DNA of 64,000 bases, taken from contig CAWJQI010000004.1 of NCBI GenBank assembly GCA_963845085.1, positions 320,001-384,000 on the forward strand, in the 5' to 3' direction. Under the pieces are notes generated by a model. It ran no database searches. It was not told the DNA's origin and worked only from the letters and a program-made list of their open reading frames with translations. Origin of the DNA: Candidatus Fermentibacterota bacterium (GTDB taxonomy: Bacteria; Fermentibacterota; Fermentibacteria; Fermentibacterales; JCC-6). This document shows, piece after piece, positions 31,251 to 38,793 of the stretch (position 1 is its first letter; every line of letters starts with the position of its first letter). Position numbers and translations under genes: made by a program.

Positions 31251-32392
31251 GACACCTCCATGACCTTCGAGACGATCTGCTCGGGGGTGATCCCGTACCC
31301 GTCGTACCGCTGAAGCGGAACGACCCTGACGCTGTCGGAGGTGAGCCTTTCGACTTCGTGTATGAGCTGTCCCTGGTTGAGCTCACAGACCACGATCACG
31401 TCCTTGTTGTCAAGCTTCTCCTTCACGGTCCTGTCCGGGAAGGGCCAGATGGTGACGGGTCTGAACACACCGACCTTCTTCTTCTTGCGGGAGAGTATCT
31501 CCCTTGCGGCAAGCGCACTGCGGTAGACCGAACCGTACGCGAAGATCACGACCCTGCTGTCGTCGACGCCTATGGATTCGTTCTGCTCAAGATCGTCGAG
31601 CCTTCTTGTTATCTTCTGCTTGAGGCGGTTCATTTTGGGGACGACCTCATCGACCCGCCTTGTGGGGAACCCGTGGACGTCGTGGGTCAGCCCCGTCACA
31701 TGAAACCTGTAACCCTTACCGAACCTTGCCATCGGGCTGACACCCGAGGCTGTCTGGTGATAGTGCTCGTACCACTCGACGGGCACGTTGGGTTCAGAGA
31801 GGGGAACGACCTCGACCTCATCCTTCTTCGGGAATGTGAACCTTTCCCTCATGTGACCGATGATCTCATCCGGCAGAAGAATCACTGGGGTGCGGAAACT
31901 CTCCGCAAGGTTGAACGCCCGGATGGTGAGGCCGAAGCACTCGGCAATGGAGGATGGCGCAAGGGCGATCACGGGATGGTCGCCATGCGTGCCCCATCGG
32001 GCCTGCATGATGTCTCCCTGGCTGACCTGAGTCGGAAGACCCGTGGAAGGGCCTGCCCTCATCACGTTCACGATGACAATGGGCACTTCCGTCATGCAGG
32101 CGTAACCAAGCCCCTCCTGCATGAGGCTGAACCCGGGACCGCTGGTGGCAGTCATTACCCTCGCACCGGCAAGGCTTCCGCCGATGATCGCGCTGACGCT
32201 TGCGATCTCGTCCTCCATCTGGATCCATCTTCCGCCGACCAGGGGCATTTCCCTGGCGAGGATCTCCGCCACTTCAGTGGAAGGGGTTATGGGATAGCCG
32301 GCGAAAAAATCGATCCCCGCGGCAAGGGCTCCGAGCGCCACCGCTTCATTGCCCTGCACAAGGCGTGTTTCGCCCCAGGGAACCCCGCTCAT
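31247..32392 (-). CDS. korA: 2-oxoacid:ferredoxin oxidoreductase alpha subunit
   Basis: GYPITPSTE, QMEDEI, TATSGPGFSLMQE, RAGPSTGLPT. Confidence 0.93.
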   Translation of the reverse strand: MSGVPWGETRLVQGNEAVALGALAAGIDFFAGYPITPSTEVAEILAREMPLVGGRWIQMEDEIASVSAIIGGSLAGARVMTATSGPGFSLMQEGLGYACMTEVPIVIVNVMRAGPSTGLPTQVSQGDIMQARWGTHGDHPVIALAPSSIAECFGLTIRAFNLAESFRTPVILLPDEIIGHMRERFTFPKKDEVEVVPLSEPNVPVEWYEHYHQTASGVSPMARFGKGYRFHVTGLTHDVHGFPTRRVDEVVPKMNRLKQKITRRLDDLEQNESIGVDDSRVVIFAYGSVYRSALAAREILSRKKKKVGVFRPVTIWPFPDRTVKEKLDNKDVIVVCELNQGQLIHEVERLTSDSVRVVPLQRYDGYGITPEQIVSKVMEVS

Positions 32393-32691
32393 TCTTCACC
32401 TTCCTTCTCCTCGTTGCGGGTGTTCTCAGCCTTGCGGGTGTGACCGTAGACTGACACGGCGAAATCGGGGCACCTGCGGGCGCACAGATAACACCGAATG
32501 CACCTTTCGGGATGCGCCACATGGGCTTTCTGGTCCTTGCCCATCTCGAGAACCTGTTTCGGGCAGAAAGCCACACAGATCCCGCAACCCTTGCACCATT
32601 CGGGAAAGATGTGCACCGATGTCACATCGGGTTCCGGAAACTGAGCCTTCTCCATCTTGGCGTTCCGCCCGTCTTCGGGCTTGTCGGACAT
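32389..32691 (-). CDS. korD: 2[4Fe-4S] ferredoxin, delta subunit
   Basis: CKGCGICVAFCP and CIRCYLCARRCP. Confidence 0.88.
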   Translation of the reverse strand: MSDKPEDGRNAKMEKAQFPEPDVTSVHIFPEWCKGCGICVAFCPKQVLEMGKDQKAHVAHPERCIRCYLCARRCPDFAVSVYGHTRKAENTRNEEKEGEE

Positions 32692-32719
32692 GGGTCCGCA
32701 CCTCCGGTTCATGCAGGTC

Positions 32720-32741
32720 GAGGCAGGGCGAACCCTGCCTC
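32720..32741. other. intergenic stem-loop
   Basis: GAGGCAGGG-CGAA-CCCTGCCTC, perfect 9-bp stem with no U-tail. Confidence 0.6.
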
Positions 32742-32769
32742 ACCGTTATTCGTTCCCGCGTTGCGCGGT

Positions 32770-34095
32770 TTACTCTGTAAAGGGCTTGAGAACTGTTGGA
32801 ATATTCGGCAGCCCGATTTCCTGAAGGTCATACCCCACCCTGACCGACGGCTTGCTTATCCTGATCACCCTGCCAAGGTCGATGGGTGTCGCGATGACCA
32901 CGGAATCGCAATCGGCGCTGTTGATGGTTTTCTCCAGATCCCGCATCTGGGCGTCGCCGTAGCCCATCGCAGGCAGAACCGAAGCTTCCTCTTCGCCGGG
33001 ATAGTACTTGTCGAAGGTGTCGCGGATGGAACCCACGGCGATGGGGATCGGGTTGACCATGTCGGCGGCGCCGTACTTCTCGGCGGCGACGTAGCCTGCG
33101 CCGAATTCCATTTCACCGTGCGTGAGGGTGGGACCGTCCTCGACGATGAGAACCCTTTTCCCGGTGATGAGCTCGGGTTTGTCAACGCTGACCGGGCTGG
33201 CGGCCTCGATGATCCTGGCCGAGGGGTTCACGCGGCGGACATTGCTGCGGACCTCGTCGACATCTTCCGGGTATGCGCTGTCGATCTTGTTTATGACGAC
33301 CACATCGGCAAGCCTGAGGTTCGTCTGACCGGGGTAGTAGCTGATCTCGTGACCGGGCCGGTGAGGGTCGACGACGGTGATCGTCAGATCAGGCTTGTAG
33401 AAGGATGTGTCGTTGTTCCCACCATCCCAGAGGATGATGTCGGCCTCCTTCTCGGCCTCGCGGAGGATGGCTTCGTAGTCAACCCCGGCATAGACGATGG
33501 TTCCGCGGTGAATGTGGGGTTCGTACTCTTCCATCTCCTCGATGGTGCACTGATGCATCTTGAGATCCTCGATGGTCTGGAAGCGCTGAACCCTCTGCTT
33601 CACGAGGTCGCCGTAGGGCATGGGATGCCTGATCGCAACAACCCTCTTGCCGGCGGCCTGAAGCACTTCGATGACCCGTCGTGTGGTCTGGCTCTTGCCG
33701 CAGCCGGTCCGGACCGCACAAACCGCGATGACAGGCTTGCTGCTCTTCACCATGGTTCGTTCGGCCCCGATAAGAGTGAAATCCGCCCCTGCGGCGTTCA
33801 CCCTGCTTACGAGCGCCATCACGGTGCTGTCGCTGAGGTCGCTGTAGGAGAGAACGCACAGCTCGATGCCCTGGTTCCTGATGATGTTCTCAAGGCCTGA
33901 CTCGTCCAGGATGGGGATGCCCTGGGGGTACAGATCCCCGGCAAGCTCGGCGGGGTATTTCCTGCCGTCGATGTCGGGTATCTGGGTTGCGGTGAAAGCC
34001 ACTATTTCGTGGGTTTCATCGTGCCTGAAAAGCGTGTTGAAGTTGTGGAAGTCTCTCCCGGCGGCGCCGAGAATAAGGGTCCTCTTCCTGTTCAT
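32770..34095 (-). CDS. COG2403 P-loop protein (cyclic 2,3-diphosphoglycerate synthetase family; arginine synthetase ArcE-like)
   Basis: ILGAAGRDFHNFN, AFTATQIPDI.GR.YP, AVRTGCGKSQT, RHPMPYG, EEYEPH, WDGGNND, EDGPTLTHG, LPAMGY. Confidence 0.85.
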   Translation of the reverse strand: MNRKRTLILGAAGRDFHNFNTLFRHDETHEIVAFTATQIPDIDGRKYPAELAGDLYPQGIPILDESGLENIIRNQGIELCVLSYSDLSDSTVMALVSRVNAAGADFTLIGAERTMVKSSKPVIAVCAVRTGCGKSQTTRRVIEVLQAAGKRVVAIRHPMPYGDLVKQRVQRFQTIEDLKMHQCTIEEMEEYEPHIHRGTIVYAGVDYEAILREAEKEADIILWDGGNNDTSFYKPDLTITVVDPHRPGHEISYYPGQTNLRLADVVVINKIDSAYPEDVDEVRSNVRRVNPSARIIEAASPVSVDKPELITGKRVLIVEDGPTLTHGEMEFGAGYVAAEKYGAADMVNPIPIAVGSIRDTFDKYYPGEEEASVLPAMGYGDAQMRDLEKTINSADCDSVVIATPIDLGRVIRISKPSVRVGYDLQEIGLPNIPTVLKPFTE

Positions 34096-34253
34096 GGTCG
34101 TCCTTTCCGCAAGCGGTGAGTGTTCTTGCGGAAGAGCAACAGCGAGCCGAAGGCTCGGCCTCTCCCGGAAATTGAAGAAAACCAGCCACACGGGCTGGTT
34201 GACAAATCTTGGCATATCGGGCGCTTTTGTCAAGCCGCGAAAGGGTTTGAGCT

Positions 34254-34673
34254 CTATCGGTCATCGACCGCCCTTCCCATGAGCATGGCAAGGCCGATTC
34301 CAGCCGCGGCGCCGGTGATCACCCTGACAGGGTTGGTGCTCTCGTGGAGGCCAATGTACTGAAGCCCACCGTCAGCGAGCATCGGAGCAAGGAGGATGAG
34401 CCCTGCAACCGGCGATCCCGGCATCCTGCGAAAGAACATCAGCATGGCGGAGAGAAAGCAGCCTGACCAGAAACCTGTGCAGCGGGCGCACTGTCCCGCG
34501 GTTCCCCAGGGAAAGTGCAGGCTTCTGTGGGGAAGGCGATGGCATGAAACCTTCATGAGGGGCATCAGGAACGGGGGGTCGAAGAACGCACCGACAAGAT
34601 AGACGAGTGAGAGAAGTGCAAGGACGGCTGCCGCCCATCTTCGAAAGGAATTTGCCGCCGGCGGGCTATCCAT
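34254..34673 (-). CDS. DUF2085-like membrane protein
   Basis: CHRLPHRS...CARCTGFW...PM..DG..Q...ESTN..R.ITG. Confidence 0.8.
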   Translation of the reverse strand: MDSPPAANSFRRWAAAVLALLSLVYLVGAFFDPPFLMPLMKVSCHRLPHRSLHFPWGTAGQCARCTGFWSGCFLSAMLMFFRRMPGSPVAGLILLAPMLADGGLQYIGLHESTNPVRVITGAAAGIGLAMLMGRAVDDR

Positions 34674-36036
34674 CCGCCCAGGTGCCTTCACCCCAATGGA
34701 ACCGCTCCTCGACGCTTCCCTCGCCAAGCACCTCGAGGGCGGCACACTGGCCCATTTCGATGGAATGGTCCATGTTGTTGTATCGGAACAGCCCCTGCCT
34801 CCCGCAACTGACAATCCCTCCCAGCGCCTTGATCCCGTCAAGCACCGTGGCCGCCTGCTGCCTGTAGCCCAGCCTGTAAAGGGGGTAGGCGTGCTCCTGT
34901 CTTACAGCAACGCTGGCCAGAACCGTGTCGGGTTTGAAAAGGCACAGATGCGACGCCCCCGAAACAGCGTTCTCGAGGAGGGTGCTCTTGTCAAGGTTCC
35001 AGATGTCGTCGCCCTTGTTGCAGCTGAACTCGAATACAGCCTGGGGAGGCATTTCCGGATCAAAGCTGCCGGTCAGCGACAATCTGTTGAACATGTATCT
35101 GTCTTCGGAGGTGTATATCCAATGGTCCCGGGCTTCGGTACGCTCCTTCAGCAGCACCGTCAGAAAAACAAGCGACCTGAAGGACAGCTTTTGTGCGGCC
35201 TCATGAACCGCCACAGGCAGAAGCGGCCCGAGCAGGCCGGCGAAGTCGTTCAGGGGGATCGTGTTTATGACCCGGTCGACACGCAGCCTGTCCCCCCCGG
35301 CAACGATCTCCCAGCGGTTCCCGTCCCTCGCGACAAGCTCGGGCGCGGATGCAAAACGGATCTGTCCGCCCGAGGCCCTTATCCTTGATTCCAGCGCTCC
35401 CGCGATACGGCCGATGCCCCCCCTTGGATAGTGGAATTCACCGGCAAGGCTGCGAACGGTGCCCGAGGGTGCAAATGTCTCCCTGACAAGCCCTGCAAGA
35501 CTCGGAACGGTGATTCTCTGGCTTGCCCAGTCCGCGCTGAGCTCACGGGGAGGGAGCCCCCACAGCTTCTGGTTGTACGGAGAGAAATACATGTCGTACA
35601 AGGGTTTGCCGAATCGGCTCAACACCCAGCCCTCGAAGCTCTTCTGCTCCCTGGGGCTGACCAGCCCCCTTATCTTCTCTGCGACGAAGCCTGCCATCAT
35701 TGAGGTGCCGCTCGTGAGTGGCATCGAGGAAAGAACGCTTCCGAGTGAAAGCGGATAGTCGAAGTAGCGGTCGAGCAGCCTGATCCTGCTGTGCCGCTGA
35801 AGGGTGAGAAGGTCTTCTCCCAGAAGATCCCGTACGAACTCCAGCAGGGCATCGTTCCTGGTGTGAAAACGGTGAGGGCCGAAATCGAAGCTGAACGCTC
35901 CCCGAGTGAACGTGGCAGCCAGCCCACCCGAATGACGATGCTTCTCAAAGACCGTCACGGGCACACCGCGCCGCGTCAGGGCGTCAGCCGCGCTGAGCCC
36001 CGCAAGTCCCGCACCGAGAACCGCGACTCGATCCAT
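34666..36036 (-). CDS. FAD-dependent oxidoreductase (protoporphyrinogen oxidase/UDP-galactopyranose mutase-like)
   Basis: GAGLAGL, GGLA, FDFGPHRF, FHYPRGG, GRQGLFRYNNMDHS. Confidence 0.85.
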   Translation of the reverse strand: MDRVAVLGAGLAGLSAADALTRRGVPVTVFEKHRHSGGLAATFTRGAFSFDFGPHRFHTRNDALLEFVRDLLGEDLLTLQRHSRIRLLDRYFDYPLSLGSVLSSMPLTSGTSMMAGFVAEKIRGLVSPREQKSFEGWVLSRFGKPLYDMYFSPYNQKLWGLPPRELSADWASQRITVPSLAGLVRETFAPSGTVRSLAGEFHYPRGGIGRIAGALESRIRASGGQIRFASAPELVARDGNRWEIVAGGDRLRVDRVINTIPLNDFAGLLGPLLPVAVHEAAQKLSFRSLVFLTVLLKERTEARDHWIYTSEDRYMFNRLSLTGSFDPEMPPQAVFEFSCNKGDDIWNLDKSTLLENAVSGASHLCLFKPDTVLASVAVRQEHAYPLYRLGYRQQAATVLDGIKALGGIVSCGRQGLFRYNNMDHSIEMGQCAALEVLGEGSVEERFHWGEGTWADG

Positions 36037-36049
36037 GAAGGTCGCCTTC

Positions 36050-37645
36050 CTACTGAACCCAGATCACCCTGTCCCGGAAATCCGCTTCTATCGGCGAATG
36101 GGTGCGAATATAATCCATGACCGTATCCATGAGATTGTACCCGGTATGCCAGGGCTCGAGATGCGTGAGTATCCCGTAACCGACGCTTCCGTATGCCAGA
36201 TAGCCAGTTGTTGCGAACGTGTAGGTCGAGCAGGCGGAAAGGGGCTCGCCCTGCACCAGCGGGTTCTCAATCTTGCCGCCGTCAGGGTTCGACTGGTTTC
36301 GCAGGCAGGTGAAGCCCGAGACCTGCATGTCCCTGCGGCGCCCCTGCATGCCTGTCTCAAGTATTTCGAGCAGCTCAGCGCCCGTCACGCTGAACGCAAG
36401 GATGTCCTCCTCAAAAGGCAGTGCAGCGTAAACCGTCCTGGCCGTGACATCCCCGCGCGGAATCGAAGCCCTTATGCCCCCCCTGTTCACGAGGGCGACA
36501 TCTGCCCCGGCCCTCCAGCGTATCGCGTCGGCAACAAGCCTTCCCAGAGGATGCTCGGCGCCACCCCTGGGTATCTCGGTGAGGGCCTGCCCCAGCACTT
36601 CGTCCATGCCCTCTTCCGCAACGAGCCGGAATGACTCCACAAGACCCTCGGTCACCGTATCCGGCCAGAACTGCTCATGGAGAAGGCTCACGTACTCTCC
36701 GCCAAGAGGGCAGTCGTACCCAGTAACTGAACCGGTCCCGGTATCCAGCCGCAACCTTATCCAGCCGATGCCCGTCCCGTTGCCGTAACCCTGAACGACG
36801 ATGGAATGCGTGACGGGATTCACCCATGGCTCCTCGAGACCGGCGTGGATGTGGCCGCTCACCACGACGTCGATCCCGGGAACGAGACATGTGAGCTCCG
36901 CATTGTTGAGGGCAAAGTTCTTCGAATAGTCCACCCCGGCATCCCAGGCGGCGAAGACCCGCTCGAGGTAGACCCCGGGGTCCGGGGGCTGGCCAAGGTG
37001 CGAGACGAGGATGATGGTTTCCGCTCCCCCGTTCCGGGCTTCCCTCATGCTTCGCTCAAGAGCCTCGCGCTCGTTGATGAATTCGTAACCCTCAAGGCCG
37101 GCCTCATCGACAAGCGTACGTGTGTCGGGCGTCGCAAGACCGATAAAGGCGGTTCTCACACCGCCGAAATCCATGATCACACTTGGTGTTATCTCCCCTG
37201 GAACGGAATGGTCCGTGGTTTCGAAGTTCGCGCAGATCACTGGAAAATCAGCCAGATCAGCATTCCTCAGCGCTGTTTCCGCCCCCCGGTCAAAGTCATG
37301 GTTCCCGAGGGTCATCATGTCATATCCCACGGAATTCATCCACTCCACGACAAACGCGCCGGAATCATGGCTGCCGACGGGAGTGCCCTGCCAGATGTCA
37401 CCGGCATCGATGAGAACCACATACTCGCCGGCTTCCGTGCAGCTTCTGCGCACTTCCCCGACGAACGAGGAAATCCATGCCCCCCCTCCGATCTCCGGAG
37501 GGAAGTCGGGGTTCAGGAAGGTGGCGTCAGAATCGACGATTCCACCATGCATATCATTGGTATGCAATATGTTGAGGTATACGGTGCCTCCGTGGGAGAT
37601 CGCCGCCGGAAGCAATACCGGCAACCAGGCCCTGATCAACGCCAC
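36050..37645 (-). CDS. secreted 5'-nucleotidase / UDP-sugar hydrolase (UshA family)
   Basis: ILHTNDMHG, DAGDIWQG, GNHDFD, SHLG, SGHIH; C-terminal NRGGIRA, LPFE, MQVSG. Confidence 0.9.
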   Translation of the reverse strand: MALIRAWLPVLLPAAISHGGTVYLNILHTNDMHGGIVDSDATFLNPDFPPEIGGGAWISSFVGEVRRSCTEAGEYVVLIDAGDIWQGTPVGSHDSGAFVVEWMNSVGYDMMTLGNHDFDRGAETALRNADLADFPVICANFETTDHSVPGEITPSVIMDFGGVRTAFIGLATPDTRTLVDEAGLEGYEFINEREALERSMREARNGGAETIILVSHLGQPPDPGVYLERVFAAWDAGVDYSKNFALNNAELTCLVPGIDVVVSGHIHAGLEEPWVNPVTHSIVVQGYGNGTGIGWIRLRLDTGTGSVTGYDCPLGGEYVSLLHEQFWPDTVTEGLVESFRLVAEEGMDEVLGQALTEIPRGGAEHPLGRLVADAIRWRAGADVALVNRGGIRASIPRGDVTARTVYAALPFEEDILAFSVTGAELLEILETGMQGRRRDMQVSGFTCLRNQSNPDGGKIENPLVQGEPLSACSTYTFATTGYLAYGSVGYGILTHLEPWHTGYNLMDTVMDYIRTHSPIEADFRDRVIWVQ

Positions 37646-38781
37646 GGGGGGACCTCCCCGAAGCTTCTTGAAAGACCCAGCACCAGGGCTGCTGAGAGCG
37701 TGTTCATGGAAAGGCTGTCGCCGGATTCGAAGCTCGGAAGCCCGGCCACCTCGGCCTGTCTCCAGCCCGAGGGAGTGAGCAGGAGACCCGCGTCGAACCT
37801 GTAGCTGTCGAACGCAAATCCTGCACCCGCGGTAAAGCTGAACGTGTCGAGCGCCCTGTGGAGGGGGGAGGTTCGGTAGTCGAAACCGAAGCGGGCGACC
37901 GGACCTCCGGGTAGGTGGTTCTCAACACCGCCCCTGATCCCCCAGGTGTTCCCCGCACCGGGTTCGCCTTCATCCCTCCAGTCAGCCTCTGCGACGAAAA
38001 GGCTTCTGAGCCTGTTTCCCGGAAGGTAGCCGACACCGCACCGAACCTCCAGGGCGTCATCGATTCCGTCATCGACCCCCCCGGACCTCACGTTCCATCC
38101 CATCGGTGCAGCCACCCCCGCCGCCAGACGAACCCTTTCAAGAACGATCTCCCCCGAAGCCCTCAGAACCGCCCCGGAAATACTCTCGTCAAGCTCCCAT
38201 GACTCGTCCGGTTCGGACGGGTCGGAATACGCCTTCGTCCAAGCCACATTGCGGCTGCCCGTTACGATACCCCCGCCGGCCCCGACGGACAGACCCGGGG
38301 TTGGGCTCCACCCCGCGGACGCTCCGAACTCCCAGAGCAGTCCGGTGCATTCGAGCGTTTCGAGTGCGGTCCGCACGTACGCCTCATCCCTTGTGGTTCG
38401 AGCGAAGTCATACGAGAAGCTTCCGACAGCCCTCGCCCCGGCGGCCACCCCCCAGTTTCGCAGGCGGAACACGCCGGCGAAGCCGCCCGGAGAAAGCACG
38501 GCACTCTGGTTGAAGGCATTTTCGGATTCGCCTACAACCCCCCCGAAAGAATCGTAGACCGTGCGGGTCCTTGATTCCCTGAAGTAGACGAGGGAGCCCG
38601 TGAAATCGGCGCGGTTCCCGGAAACGCACGCATAGGCGGGGTTCTCAAGGGCACCGAAGGCGGAGCGGTCCATGAAGGTGCCGCCTCCCATTCCGGCGGA
38701 GCCTGCGCAGGTTGCCGGGTTCCGGCCACCGAGCCACATCACCTCGGGAAGCCCGCAAAGAAGTGCAATAAGCGCGATCAT
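37636..38781 (-). CDS. FadL/PorV-like outer-membrane beta-barrel protein
   Basis: SAGMGG...ENPAY N-terminal motif followed by amphipathic strands. Confidence 0.65.
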   Translation of the reverse strand: MIALIALLCGLPEVMWLGGRNPATCAGSAGMGGGTFMDRSAFGALENPAYACVSGNRADFTGSLVYFRESRTRTVYDSFGGVVGESENAFNQSAVLSPGGFAGVFRLRNWGVAAGARAVGSFSYDFARTTRDEAYVRTALETLECTGLLWEFGASAGWSPTPGLSVGAGGGIVTGSRNVAWTKAYSDPSEPDESWELDESISGAVLRASGEIVLERVRLAAGVAAPMGWNVRSGGVDDGIDDALEVRCGVGYLPGNRLRSLFVAEADWRDEGEPGAGNTWGIRGGVENHLPGGPVARFGFDYRTSPLHRALDTFSFTAGAGFAFDSYRFDAGLLLTPSGWRQAEVAGLPSFESGDSLSMNTLSAALVLGLSRSFGEVPPWR

Positions 38782-38793
38782 CAGTTCTCCCGC

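Noticed and set aside
32512..33900. Long antisense ORFs (462 aa here; also 497..1504, 28691..29677, 31358..32443, 38884..39993)
   Set aside because: Shadow ORFs opposite well-supported genes, expected with high GC and biased codons; no recognisable motifs.
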